This document shows, in pieces, positions 29,815 to 40,144 of a stretch of DNA of 64,000 nucleotides. The position numbers were made by a program, and so were the translations under genes. Each line of letters begins with the position of its first letter. Position 1 is the first letter of the stretch. The notes under the pieces are model-generated. The model was not told where the DNA came from. It made no database searches and saw only the letters and a list, made by a program, of their open reading frames with translations. Source of the stretch: Candidatus Kapaibacterium sp. (GTDB taxonomy: Bacteria > Patescibacteriota > Patescibacteriia > UBA9934); the NCBI GenBank assembly GCA_044350705.1, contig JBILHA010000002.1, forward strand, positions 306,295-370,294, given 5' to 3'.

Positions 29815-30186
29815 ATGCAGATTTCAGGGCATTACGCAGGTTTTCCGGAAAAGACCCTTGTGATCATCATGAATCACGAACGCGCACGTATTTTCCATGC
29901 GCATGGCCATGATTTTACCGAGCAGCAGACCCTTCAGTCCCCCTCCTGCGGTTCGCTTGATGAAGCATGTATTAAGGAGTTTTTCTGCCTCGTTCATAAG
30001 CGCATGGAGCAAGCGCTTAAAAAAGAGGATGTGGTTGAATTTCTTGTCTGCGTTCCTGAGATCCACCGTCCTCTTTTTCAAGACCATACCCCTCAGCCGC
30101 TTCTGAAGAAGATTCAACGGCTTGTCCCGAAGAATCTCTCTGCCATGGAAGAGGGTCCCATTGTGAGAATCTTGTTTGAGGGATGA
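29815..30186 (+). CDS. host-attachment/baeRF-like protein
   Basis: LVII...ARIF and C-terminal VPKNL pattern; start uncertain (29797-29815). Confidence 0.55.
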   Translation: MQISGHYAGFPEKTLVIIMNHERARIFHAHGHDFTEQQTLQSPSCGSLDEACIKEFFCLVHKRMEQALKKEDVVEFLVCVPEIHRPLFQDHTPQPLLKKIQRLVPKNLSAMEEGPIVRILFEG

Positions 30187-30275
30187 CGGCAGGGGCTTGA
30201 AAAATTCACTGTAGATCAGAAGAGAGCGCTGTTCGGCGCTCTCTTTTTATTCCTCATAACGCCCTTCTTCTCCAC

Positions 30276-32066
30276 CTACTCATCAAAATATCCTCCTGAC
30301 TGCATCTTCCACAAACGTTCGTACAAGCCTCCTTCATTGAGGAGCTCTTGGTGGGTACCGATTTCCTTTATTTTTCCTCGCTCCATTACCGCAATTGCAT
30401 CCGCCATGTAAATGGTAGAAAGGCGGTGTGCGATAATGATGGTCGTTCTTCCTTCCATCGCTTTGCGGAGTGCCGCCTGGAGCTTCATCTCCGTCTCAGA
30501 GTCTAAGGCGCTTGTCGATTCATCCAATACAAGAATCGGTTGATTTGCAAGAAATACCCGCGCAATCGCAAGACGTTGGCGCTCTCCTCCTGAAAGTCTT
30601 ACGCCTCGCTCTCCTACGACGGTTTCATATCCCTCTGAAAGGCGTTCAATAAATTCGTGCGCCTGTGCCTGCTTACACGCTTCAATAATCTCTGCACGCG
30701 TTGCGTTTGGCTTTACAAAACGCATGTTATCGAGCACGGACATGTTAAATAGCACGGATTCTTGATGCACAAATCCGATCGCTCTCCGCAGGTCCCCAAT
30801 ACGAACGTCACGAATATTTTTTCCATCGATGTAAATCGCTCCCGAGGTAGGGTCCAAGAAGCGGTTTAAGAATCTCACGAGGGTCGACTTTCCACTCCCT
30901 GATGGACCAACCAGCGCCAAGCTACTCCCGCCAGGAATGGTAAGCGAAATTTCCTTAAGCGATTCCTCTTTTTTTCCAGGGTATCGGAAAGATAACTTTT
31001 CAATGACGATTTCTCCTTTTACTTTTTTCAGTGCCTTTGCCCCTTCTTTCTCGAGGATCGCGTTTTCTTTTGTGAGCTCTGGGTATACGCGTGCGAATGC
31101 CGACCGCGTTTCACTGAGCTTTCGCATGAGCTCCGCAAGCATGTGCTCAAATGGCGCAAGGACGATATCAAGCATGCCCATGAACGTCACGAGCATACCG
31201 AGCGTGAGCGTTCCTTCGGAAATAAAGTAGAGGCCCGTTCCTAGAAGCACAAAGCGTCCAAAAAAGCGCGCAAATGATGTTCCAAATGCAAGCGTTGCCC
31301 ACAGCATATTCACTTTCCCCTGTCGGCGCATTGCTTCAAGACCAAGCCCCATGTGCAACGATGCCATGCGCTCTTCCGCGGCAAATGATTTTATAGGAAC
31401 AATGTTTGAAAGTATTTCTACAAATTTCTGCAAGAATTCTTCCCATGCTTCATTCATGGCATCCTGTTTTTTTTCAACGGAACGCTGAGCGACAAATGAC
31501 ATGAAAAAGAGGAGCGGAATGCCTGCAAGAGACGCAATGGTCATGCGCCAATCCAGAAATACTCCCACGATGAAAAAGGAGATTGCACCAAAGAAAATGG
31601 GAAAGATTTGCTGAAATGATAGTCCTGCAAGACGCCAGGTAGCATTTCCTGCATTATCAAGCTGTTTTGCAAGTCCTCCCATGGGAAGGACGGTGAAACG
31701 CTGAGGATCCCACCATAAGACTTTCTCGAGCGTTGTTTTCCAAAAACGTGACCACACGCCGTCCGCCGTTTTCCAGGCAATAACATTTGCTATTTCACGA
31801 GACGCGCTTCCGACCACATCAATGCATACCCACAGCAGCAACAGCGGCACCAACGCCGCCCAGAGGAGATTGAGCGTATTCTCATTCACCGCTCCGACCA
31901 CCGTATCAATCACTCGACCGTAAATCAGTGGTTCAGCAATAGATCCCAGGGAGGCAATCGCAAGGAATATGGTTATTCCCACATACCGAAAACCCGTTCC
32001 CGAGAATGCGGGACGAACTACTGCCCAAATACGTTTCAACGACAAACGCTCCTCCTTGTTTTGCAT
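30276..32066 (-). CDS. ABC exporter, fused permease/ATPase
   Basis: TM domain; GPSGSGKST, LSGGERQR, LDEST, IAHRLST. Confidence 0.96.
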   Translation of the reverse strand: MQNKEERLSLKRIWAVVRPAFSGTGFRYVGITIFLAIASLGSIAEPLIYGRVIDTVVGAVNENTLNLLWAALVPLLLLWVCIDVVGSASREIANVIAWKTADGVWSRFWKTTLEKVLWWDPQRFTVLPMGGLAKQLDNAGNATWRLAGLSFQQIFPIFFGAISFFIVGVFLDWRMTIASLAGIPLLFFMSFVAQRSVEKKQDAMNEAWEEFLQKFVEILSNIVPIKSFAAEERMASLHMGLGLEAMRRQGKVNMLWATLAFGTSFARFFGRFVLLGTGLYFISEGTLTLGMLVTFMGMLDIVLAPFEHMLAELMRKLSETRSAFARVYPELTKENAILEKEGAKALKKVKGEIVIEKLSFRYPGKKEESLKEISLTIPGGSSLALVGPSGSGKSTLVRFLNRFLDPTSGAIYIDGKNIRDVRIGDLRRAIGFVHQESVLFNMSVLDNMRFVKPNATRAEIIEACKQAQAHEFIERLSEGYETVVGERGVRLSGGERQRLAIARVFLANQPILVLDESTSALDSETEMKLQAALRKAMEGRTTIIIAHRLSTIYMADAIAVMERGKIKEIGTHQELLNEGGLYERLWKMQSGGYFDE

Positions 32067-32145
32067 GAAAATAGTATACCTCAGAAGGTTTTGGGGTTAT
32101 TGTAAGCTTACGCATGATCTGCTATTGTCTGTGGCGTTCCTGCAG

Positions 32146-32221
32146 GGCCACATGGCGAAGTGGTTAACGCGGCGGTCTGCAAAACCGCTATTCGTGGGTT
32201 CGATCCTCACTGTGGCCTCCA
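32146..32221 (+). tRNA. tRNA-Cys(GCA)
   Basis: GGCCACA...TGTGGCC-T-CCA; GCGGT-CTGCAAA-ACCGC; U73 discriminator. Confidence 0.96.
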
Positions 32222-32234
32222 TGTGACGATAAAA

Positions 32235-32316
32235 CTAAAAACACCGGTCGAACGCGCCGGTGTTTTTAGTTCTTTTGAGCATAAAAAAACCCCGCATTTC
32301 TGCGGGATGTTTTTTT
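32235..32316. terminator. pair of intrinsic terminators between tRNA-Cys and the 3D-domain gene
   Basis: CTAAAAACACCGG/CCGGTGTTTTTAG and AAAAAAACCCGCA/TGCGGGATGTTTTTT. Confidence 0.7.
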
Positions 32317-32870
32317 TATTTCTCGTAATATACCTCAATGGTTACATTGTTCTTCACGCCGAACTTGCGAGCATCGGAATATTCTTCCATCCAGATATCG
32401 ACGCGGTTCGTATAACGCGCGTTCATGCGATCTTCTACAATGAAGATTTCATCGCCGTAAAGTTCAGGAATCTTAATGTAGGTACCAAGAGGCACGAAGT
32501 TTGCAGCTACAATGCCGTGACGCGTCGTCGTACCCATTGCGGTTTCAAAAGGATTGCTGTCCGTTTGCTCGGGAAGAGAGTTATACGCAGTCATAGAAAC
32601 CCGCACAATGCGGTCTGGTGTTTCTACGAGATCTGCCTTTTCCAAGGTTCCCTCTTCCGCCATTTCATTCTGCCTTGCTTCTACTTCAAGCGCGATTGCA
32701 CGCTCCTTAGCAGAGGGAATACCCCCTGCAAGCGTTGCGGTAGCAGCATTCGCAGGAAAGGTCATTCCTCCTACGGCAAGGGTTATCACCGCAATGAGCG
32801 CCATATCGGTAGGAGACTTCTTGATGATCGTTGCGAGTCGCGTAATCGAGAAACGAAGAGAATTCATCAT
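32316..32870 (-). CDS. 3D-domain (lytic transglycosylase-like) protein
   Basis: TAYNS..EQTDSNP, AANFVPLGT, VEDRMN, VDIW. Confidence 0.88.
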   Translation of the reverse strand: MMNSLRFSITRLATIIKKSPTDMALIAVITLAVGGMTFPANAATATLAGGIPSAKERAIALEVEARQNEMAEEGTLEKADLVETPDRIVRVSMTAYNSLPEQTDSNPFETAMGTTTRHGIVAANFVPLGTYIKIPELYGDEIFIVEDRMNARYTNRVDIWMEEYSDARKFGVKNNVTIEVYYEK

Positions 32871-33146
32871 AACCGAACATTGTAGCAGTTTTTGCGTATT
32901 TTGTCAATGAAAAATGCCTATTATTTAGCTTAGATTAGCCAAATTATGAGGATTTCCTTCCTATCCTTTTCCCCTGCTCTTTCTTTCCCTCTTTCCCTCT
33001 TCGGTTTTCTTTGATTTTTCCCTATCTTTTCTCTTTTTTTCGAGGTATGATGCAGGAAATTGTTTTTTTCTATGTTTCGCTACGCGCAAAACCATAAATC
33101 TACTAAAAATCTCTCTTTTCAGGGCATTTCACGGTGGTTCAGTCGT

Positions 33147-35960
33147 ATGGATAAAAAAACTCTTTTCAAAAATATTGCCCTTCTCGGCGCTGCGGTGGGA
33201 CTTCTTGGCTGTCTTATTCTCCTCGGGGTTTTCGCGTGGTATTCTCGTGGACTTCCTGATCCAGATGCACTTCTTGATCGCACCATCGCTCAAGCAACAA
33301 AAATCTATGATCGGAGTGGAGAGCACCTTCTTTACGAAATTTACGGCGAGGAAAATCGTACGATCGTAAAGATGCAGGAAGGCTTTTGCAAAGATGATGA
33401 TCAATTTGAAACTGATCCTCAGGGCATTCCTCTTTTTGTCGCTCAAGCCGTACTTGCAGCAGAGGACCGCGCCTTTTGTTCACATAATGGTTTCACCTTT
33501 AAGGGTGTTTTCCGTGCGGTCATTTTCATGGGAAAGCGCGGCGGCGGATCAACGCTTACCCAGCAGCTCGTCAAAAACGCTATTCTTACCAATGAGCAGC
33601 ATATTTCTCGTAAGATTAAAGAGCTCATGCTCTCCGTTGTTCTTGAACAAAAGTATTCTAAGGACGATATTCTCCAGATTTACTTCAATGAAATTCCGTA
33701 CGGATCTACGTATTACGGCATTCAGACTGCTGCGCAAAATTTCTACGGAAAAAATGTTCATGAGCTCACGCTCGCTGAGGGCGCTACGCTCGCCGGCCTT
33801 CCTCAGCTGCCTACGTATTACATCAATAATCCAGATGCTCTCAAGGAGCGTCGTGACTGGATTCTGACGAGCATGGCCGAGCTTGGTTATATCACCGAAG
33901 AAGCTGCAAACGCCGCAAAGGCCGAGGAAACCCCTTTGCAGATTAGCAGCGAAGGAGCATTCCTTGCCCCTCACTTTGTCATGTGGATTAAGGGGATGCT
34001 TGAGGAGCAATATGGAACGAGCGCCGTGGAGACGGGAGGACTTCGCGTTATCACAACGCTTGATTACGATAAACAGGTTATTGCTGAAGAGGCCGTAAAA
34101 AACGGCGTTGCAACCTATGGCCCTTCTTATGACTTTCAAAATGCCGGCCTTCTCGCACAAAATCCTCGCACGGGAGAAATCCTCGCCATGGTCGGTTCTC
34201 CTGATTTTTCAAATAACGAGATCGATGGACAGGTCAACGTCACCTTGCGCAATCTTCAGCCCGGATCGAGCATCAAGCCTATCGTCTATGCCGCAGCATT
34301 TGAACGAGGGTTCACGCCCAACACCGTTGTATGGGATGTAAATACCACCTTCCCTACCGAGACTTCTCCGTACACTCCCTACAATTATGACCTGAGCCAA
34401 CGAGGCCTCATCTCTCTTCGTTCTGCACTTCAAGGATCTTTAAATATTCCCGCAGTAAAAGTACTTTATTTGGTTGGTATTGATCATGCCATCGCCTTTG
34501 CTCAACGCCTTGGATATTCTACCTTTACCGATCGATCGCGCATTGGCCTTTCTATGGTCCTCGGGGGAGCAGAGGTCACCATGCTTGATCATGTAGGTGC
34601 GTATAGCATCCTCGCAAACAACGGTTACCGCCATACTCCGCAAGCGCTTTTGCGCGTTGAAGACTCCTCTGGAAAAGAGCTTTTCTCGTTTGACGCTGAC
34701 CAAGCAAAAGGAGAGCAGGTGCTTGATGCCAATATTTCCGCCATGATGTCGAACGTCCTCTCTGATAACAGTGCGCGCGCCTATGTTTTCGGTCCTTCAA
34801 ACTATCTCACACTCTCGGATCGTCCTGTTGCTGCAAAAACCGGAACCACAAATAACTTCAAGGATGCATGGACCGTGGGATACACCCCTTCCCTTACTGC
34901 GGGTGTCTGGGTAGGGAACGCATCAGGAACCGTCATGAAAAGTGGAGCTGATGGATCAAAAATCGCTGCGCCTATTTGGAACGAATTCATGAAACGCTCT
35001 CTTCAGGGAACTCCTGCTGAAAGCTTCCCTACTCCGAGCATTCCTCTTACCGGCAAGGCAATGATTGACGGCAAAGTTGAAGCAACTACCGTCACCATCG
35101 ATCGCGCTTCCGGCAAACTTGCCACCGATCGAACCCCGGAGTCTTTTAAGGAGACGCTGAGCTGTGGTGAATTCCATACCATTTTACGATATGTAGATCC
35201 TCGAGATCCTCTCGGCCCCGCACCTCGAGAGCCTCAAAGCGACCCCCAGTACACCGCCTGGGAAACCGCCGTTCAGAACTTTATTACTGGGTACAACGAA
35301 AGATTACAGCCCGATCAAGCTCCCATGGAAAATTGCACCGTCCCCACCGAGGAAGACGATGTGCATATTAAACGCAACGAACCCTCTATCCGCATTACAT
35401 CCCCAGATAATAACGACGACGTAGAGCGGACTATCAACGTTCGCTATGAAAGTGAGGTCAAGCGATCTTTTGGCCGCGTAGAATTCTTTATTGATGGCAC
35501 GCTTATCGATACGAGCTCATCTATGGATGGCGCTCTGCTTAGTCTTCCTTCCTGGGTCACCAAAGGTCGTCATACGCTCACCGTCACTATTTATGACGAC
35601 GTTGATAATAGCGCCTCTGACGAAATCAGTATCCGCGTAGAGGACGAGGGAATTGAAGGTTCGGTTACCATCACCAATCCCTTTGAAGGGCAGACCATTA
35701 CGAGGTCTTCTGAATTAAGTACGTATACGGTTGTTGTGGAGATTCCTAGCAACACCGTTCTGACCACGCTCACTCTTTACGCAACTGAAAACGCGACCCG
35801 CACCACAACCCCCATTGCCTCGTATGTGGCCCCTAGCGCTATTGTGAGCTCCTCATGGATACTTCCTCCCAATTCTGGCTCTTACACCCTCTCTGCTCGC
35901 GGAACGCTTGCTGATGGCTCGAGTATCGATGCACGTTCAGTGATGGTCTATGTTAATTAG
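33147..35960 (+). CDS. class A penicillin-binding protein (PBP1A) with C-terminal Ig-like domains
   Basis: AEDRAF, GGSTLTQQLVKN, RKIKE, SSIK, SLN, KTGT. Confidence 0.95.
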   Translation: MDKKTLFKNIALLGAAVGLLGCLILLGVFAWYSRGLPDPDALLDRTIAQATKIYDRSGEHLLYEIYGEENRTIVKMQEGFCKDDDQFETDPQGIPLFVAQAVLAAEDRAFCSHNGFTFKGVFRAVIFMGKRGGGSTLTQQLVKNAILTNEQHISRKIKELMLSVVLEQKYSKDDILQIYFNEIPYGSTYYGIQTAAQNFYGKNVHELTLAEGATLAGLPQLPTYYINNPDALKERRDWILTSMAELGYITEEAANAAKAEETPLQISSEGAFLAPHFVMWIKGMLEEQYGTSAVETGGLRVITTLDYDKQVIAEEAVKNGVATYGPSYDFQNAGLLAQNPRTGEILAMVGSPDFSNNEIDGQVNVTLRNLQPGSSIKPIVYAAAFERGFTPNTVVWDVNTTFPTETSPYTPYNYDLSQRGLISLRSALQGSLNIPAVKVLYLVGIDHAIAFAQRLGYSTFTDRSRIGLSMVLGGAEVTMLDHVGAYSILANNGYRHTPQALLRVEDSSGKELFSFDADQAKGEQVLDANISAMMSNVLSDNSARAYVFGPSNYLTLSDRPVAAKTGTTNNFKDAWTVGYTPSLTAGVWVGNASGTVMKSGADGSKIAAPIWNEFMKRSLQGTPAESFPTPSIPLTGKAMIDGKVEATTVTIDRASGKLATDRTPESFKETLSCGEFHTILRYVDPRDPLGPAPREPQSDPQYTAWETAVQNFITGYNERLQPDQAPMENCTVPTEEDDVHIKRNEPSIRITSPDNNDDVERTINVRYESEVKRSFGRVEFFIDGTLIDTSSSMDGALLSLPSWVTKGRHTLTVTIYDDVDNSASDEISIRVEDEGIEGSVTITNPFEGQTITRSSELSTYTVVVEIPSNTVLTTLTLYATENATRTTTPIASYVAPSAIVSSSWILPPNSGSYTLSARGTLADGSSIDARSVMVYVN

Positions 35961-35999
35961 TCCCATCAAAAAAACCCTTCCATGTGGAAGGGTTTTTTC

Positions 36000-37133
36000 T
36001 TATTGCCTGATCGGCATGACGATATAGAGATAATCTGTTTTTTCCTGCCCATGCGGAAGAATAATGCATGGATTCATCGCATCAATCATCTTCATGTGCA
36101 CCTTTTCCGTTTGGAGAGCCTGCGCTCCATCGAGTAAGTAGCGGAAGTTGAGCGTGATACTGTTTGCGTTTCCCATCACTTCTGCCTCGATCGTTACTTC
36201 ATTCTCTCCTCTTCCAATGTCATTTGCAAAGAGTCTGAGCAACTTTTCTTCTGGCCTCACCTCAAAACGCACATCAAAGAGACCATTTTTTGAGAAAAGT
36301 GCGGTTCGCTTTACTGCCTGGATGAGCGCATTTCTCTCCAAAATAAGTTCTGTTGTGAATGTTTTGGGGATAATTTGCCGGTAATCAGGATACACGCCAT
36401 CAATGGTACGCGAAGAAAGTTCTACCGATCCGCAACGGAATGCGATCTGATTATCGGTAAGCTCGATATCGATATTTTCTGCGGCTTCAACGCTTGAACG
36501 AAGCACGCTCAAAATGCGCCGAAGTTCTGCGAGCGTTCGCGCGGGGATCACCACCTTCCGCTCACCCAGAGTTTCACTTACGAGTGGTACGCTCTTTTCT
36601 CCCAAGCGGTAACTATCCGTTGCGGCAACCGTCACGGTTTTTGTATCGCCGTTGAAGTACAAGAACGCTCCAGTGAGAATTTGTCGCGCTTCGCTTGTTG
36701 AGACGGCAAAGAGCGTTTGCCCAAGAGCCGCATCAAATGATTGTGCTTGCACGGTATAAGTTATTCCTCCGCTTACTTTTGGAATTGCAGGGAATTCTGA
36801 GGCCGCAAGACCGTGCATTTTTGTTTTAGAACTTCCGCAATGTACCGCTACAGAGGTATCCAAGAGATCTAGATCAATACGCTCATCAGGAAGAAGACCT
36901 ACATAATCCGCGAGGAGCTTTGCAGGAAGCGTGTATCCACCAGGTTGATCTACCTTTGCACGAATCATGCAGGATACGGTGAGATCTAGGTTTGTAGATG
37001 TTAAACGCACACCTCCCACATCTGCTTGTAAGAGGATGTTGTTAAGAATGGGAAGATTAGCACTCTTTCCACTTATATGGCTTGCTATGGAGAGTCCTTG
37101 ATGAAGGTTGTCTTTGGTACAAGAGAATTTCAC
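36000..37133 (-). CDS. dnaN: DNA polymerase III beta sliding clamp
   Basis: PILNNILL, ATDSYRL, YPDY, VMPIR; downstream of dnaA. Confidence 0.97.
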   Translation of the reverse strand: MKFSCTKDNLHQGLSIASHISGKSANLPILNNILLQADVGGVRLTSTNLDLTVSCMIRAKVDQPGGYTLPAKLLADYVGLLPDERIDLDLLDTSVAVHCGSSKTKMHGLAASEFPAIPKVSGGITYTVQAQSFDAALGQTLFAVSTSEARQILTGAFLYFNGDTKTVTVAATDSYRLGEKSVPLVSETLGERKVVIPARTLAELRRILSVLRSSVEAAENIDIELTDNQIAFRCGSVELSSRTIDGVYPDYRQIIPKTFTTELILERNALIQAVKRTALFSKNGLFDVRFEVRPEEKLLRLFANDIGRGENEVTIEAEVMGNANSITLNFRYLLDGAQALQTEKVHMKMIDAMNPCIILPHGQEKTDYLYIVMPIRQ

Positions 37134-37164
37134 AGGAGAGAAGACAAGGATGATGGCTACAGGT

Positions 37165-37462
37165 TACTGATTTTTTAATAAAGTACAAAGGTGATAATCG
37201 TAAGCCTGTGGATGGCGGGGATAACTGTGGATGAACCGGCAAATATTGGGGATTTCTTTTGGGGGTATGTGGATGAATTGGTGAGGAGTTGTGAGATGAA
37301 CTGGGGATAGAATATGTTCCCTCCTTCGGTTTTCTTTCTATCCTCATTCTATCCGCCTTTCATACACAGAGCTGTTCCCATGTTATCCCTAGGTTTATCC
37401 TCACTTTGTGCACACGAACAATCGCCGAACGTTTTCCACACAGGTGGATAATATGTGGATAA
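37165..37462. other. replication origin oriC (dnaA-dnaN intergenic)
   Basis: About 10 perfect or degenerate DnaA boxes (e.g. TGTGGATAA at 37454-37462); AT-rich tract next to dnaN; plus strand changes from C-rich to G-rich near here. Confidence 0.85.
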
Positions 37463-38842
37463 CTATGCGCCGATGTAGAGGCGCTGACGGATTAGTTCAA
37501 GGTCTTTTTGGAGCTTTTCATCCCCATTTTCTAGTAATTCCCTAATTTTTCCATGTGCATGCATGGCCGTTGTGTGATCGCGTCCCCCTAGTTCTGTTCC
37601 GATGGTGGGATAGGAGGAATTCATTTCTTCGCGAAGAAGATACATGATGATCTGTCTTGGAAAAGCGAGGCGCTTTTCGCGGCTTTTTCCCAGAACGTCG
37701 TCGGTGGTGATGTCGAAATACTCCGCGACAATGGAGATGACCTGTTTTGGAGTGACGGTTTTTTTAATGTTTTCGGATTCGAAGCTGGCAACAATTGGTT
37801 TTACGCTTTCAAGCGTTGGTTCCATATTGCGGAATTCGTGTACCGCAATGATTTTATTGAGTGCTCCTTCAAGTTCGCGGATGTTTGAAGAGATGTTTGC
37901 CGCGATGTAATGAAGAATTTCTGAAGAGAGATGTGTTTGCTTTTCCGCACACTTGCGCTCCAAAATCGCGATACGTGTTTCGAGATCAGGAGTGCCTACG
38001 TCTACAAGCATTCCCCATTCAAGTCGGGATTGGAGGCGCTTTTCAAGTCCTGCGATAGATTTTGGAGGGCGATCTGAAGAAATGACAATTTGACGGTTGT
38101 CTTGGTGAAGTGCGTTAAACGTATGGAAAAACTCCTCCTGCGTTCCTTCTTTTCCCGTAATAAACTGGATGTCATCGATGAGGAGAAGATCGACGTTTCG
38201 ATACCGATCTTTAAATTCCTTTCCTTTTCCTGAGCGCACGGAGTGAATGAAGTCGTTTGTAAAGTGTTCACACGTCACATACATGATGCGTGCGTTTTGC
38301 CATTTGCGACGGATTTCATTCGCGATTGCATGGAGTAGGTGTGTTTTTCCGAGCCCCACGCCTCCGTAGATGAAAAGGGGGTTATAGGTCCCTCCTGGAT
38401 GTGCGGCCACTGCTTGTGCGGCTGCATGCGCGAGTTCGTTTTGTTTTCCGACAACAAATGTTGAGAATGTTTGTTGAGGATTTATTGCAATGTTTCCTGT
38501 AGGTGGTGGGATTTCCGCGCCTCCTGTGGTGAATCCTAAATCGGTGGGAGTATTTTTTTGTTGCTCAAGGACGAGTGGTTGGGGGCCGGTATTTTTTGTT
38601 TCTACGCGGTATGTCAGGCTTCGAACAGGCTGATTTGTAACGTTTTCAATGGCGTTGATGATATCTTTGTGGTGACGCTTTTCCAGCCATGAAGCGTTGA
38701 TAGTATTGGGAGAGCCAATGACGACATCGCCTATGTTGTATTCGGCGATAAAAGTGTTGGTAAACCATGTCGTAAAGTTTGCTCGGCTGAGTTTTAGTTC
38801 CAGCTCTGCCAATACTGCCTGCCAAAGTTCGTGCGTATTCAT
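37463..38842 (-). CDS. dnaA: chromosomal replication initiator DnaA
   Basis: YNPLFIYGGVGLGKTHL, LLIDDIQF, GGRDHTT; start revised to MNTHELW. Confidence 0.98.
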   Translation of the reverse strand: MNTHELWQAVLAELELKLSRANFTTWFTNTFIAEYNIGDVVIGSPNTINASWLEKRHHKDIINAIENVTNQPVRSLTYRVETKNTGPQPLVLEQQKNTPTDLGFTTGGAEIPPPTGNIAINPQQTFSTFVVGKQNELAHAAAQAVAAHPGGTYNPLFIYGGVGLGKTHLLHAIANEIRRKWQNARIMYVTCEHFTNDFIHSVRSGKGKEFKDRYRNVDLLLIDDIQFITGKEGTQEEFFHTFNALHQDNRQIVISSDRPPKSIAGLEKRLQSRLEWGMLVDVGTPDLETRIAILERKCAEKQTHLSSEILHYIAANISSNIRELEGALNKIIAVHEFRNMEPTLESVKPIVASFESENIKKTVTPKQVISIVAEYFDITTDDVLGKSREKRLAFPRQIIMYLLREEMNSSYPTIGTELGGRDHTTAMHAHGKIRELLENGDEKLQKDLELIRQRLYIGA

Positions 38843-38900
38843 AGGCGCAAAATTAGTCACCCCACCGGGTGCGTGAACGACTGGGACGATAATACCTATT

Positions 38901-38968
38901 TTATCCACAGGGCACAATTCTGCGAGAGTTCGCCAAAAAATGGGGAAATCTGGATAAGGTGTGGATAA
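38901..38968. promoter_or_regulatory. DnaA boxes upstream of dnaA
   Basis: TTATCCACA at 38901-38909 and TGTGGATAA at 38960-38968. Confidence 0.85.
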
Positions 38969-39050
38969 CTTAGTCTTTTCCCTTGTTCGGATCTTTTTTG
39001 TGTTCAGAAGGAGGATCTTGAGAGAGATTCGCTAAAATTGGCTAAGAAGT

Positions 39051-39079
39051 TTGACATTCATGGGTCTGAGGCGTATGCT
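39051..39079 (+). promoter_or_regulatory. rpmH promoter
   Basis: TTGACA-17-TATGCT. Confidence 0.75.
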
Positions 39080-39091
39080 TTGCGTACTTTT

Positions 39092-39244
39092 ATGCCAAAG
39101 CGTACATACCAACCCAAGAAGCGCCGACGCGCGAAGGTTCATGGGTTCCGGGCACGCATGAAAACCAAGGACGGCCGCAACGTACTTAAACGCCGCCGCC
39201 TCAAGGGCCGCAAGCGCCTGACGGTTACTGCGCGACCTCGTTAG
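39092..39244 (+). CDS. rpmH: 50S ribosomal protein L34
   Basis: MPKRTYQP...HGFRARM...[10 protein letters not shown]. Confidence 0.97.
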   Translation: MPKRTYQPKKRRRAKVHGFRARMKTKDGRNVLKRRRLKGRKRLTVTARPR

Positions 39245-39296
39245 AAACAAAATGCTCCGCTTCGTGCGGAGTATTTTGATACTATTTTCTTGAGCT

Positions 39297-39641
39297 ATGT
39301 TTTCTCAGCAGCATCGACTCCGTTCAGAAAAAGAAGTTCTTCGCGCTATCCGCTCGAAGCGTGGAGCTTTTGACATTGTCTGCGGGGTGAAGTTTGCAGA
39401 GAATACGGTTGGTCGTCCTCGGTTTGTCATTGTGGTGAGCACGAAGGTGAGTAAGCATGCTGTTGATCGTAATCGCGTTCGTCGGCAGTATCGGGAAATT
39501 TGTAAGGAGTTTATTCCGCTTCTTCCTTCGTGCGATATTGCACTTTTAGTTTCCAAGCCCGCACTTGAGCTCACTTTTCAAGCAAAGCGCGAGCGTTTGA
39601 AACATGTATTTCAAAAAGCAAAGATTCTTTCGTACATATGA
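39297..39641 (+). CDS. rnpA: ribonuclease P protein component
   Basis: VSTKVSKHAVDRNRVRR; conserved synteny. Confidence 0.95.
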   Translation: MFSQQHRLRSEKEVLRAIRSKRGAFDIVCGVKFAENTVGRPRFVIVVSTKVSKHAVDRNRVRRQYREICKEFIPLLPSCDIALLVSKPALELTFQAKRERLKHVFQKAKILSYI

Positions 39642-39886
39642 ATCTGCGCTTTATCATGAGATCTCTGGCCGTTTTTCCTATACGAATATATCAAAAAACA
39701 CTTTCAGGAGATCATGGATTTATGAAAGTTTTTTATCCGCACGGATATTGTTGTTTTTACCCTAGTTGTTCTGAGTATACTGCGCAGGCGATTTATAAAT
39801 ATGGCGTTATACGGGGTATTTTTAAAGGGGCGTGGCGCATTCTTCATTGTCATCCGTGGTCAGCAGGAGGCATTGATGAGGTTTAG
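39638..39886 (+). CDS. yidD: membrane protein insertion efficiency factor
   Basis: C.FYPSCSEY, RILHCHPW..GG.D. Confidence 0.93.
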   Translation: MNLRFIMRSLAVFPIRIYQKTLSGDHGFMKVFYPHGYCCFYPSCSEYTAQAIYKYGVIRGIFKGAWRILHCHPWSAGGIDEV

Positions 39887-40110
39887 CTCTTTTCAAATGT
39901 GACTATCCGGTGCTCATGGTTTTCGATGCGGTCCATGACAATACTTACGACATCTACGATTTCGCCGACAATTTCTTTTTTCATACGGTTATTTTCTTGG
40001 CGAACGTAATCGCGCATATCACGCATTTCATCTTTCAGTTCTTGTTTTGTGACAAAGGTATCTAAAAGTTCTTTTTTTATAAACTTTACATCTTTTTAAG
40101 TTAGAGACAT
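39883..40110 (-). pseudogene. small coiled-coil protein with nonsense codon at position 5
   Basis: Manual translation MSLT*KDVKFIKKELLDTFVTKQELKDEMRD...HEHRIVTFEKS. Confidence 0.6.
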
Positions 40111-40144
40111 GTTTTTTTACCGTTTATCTGAAGAAATATATCGG

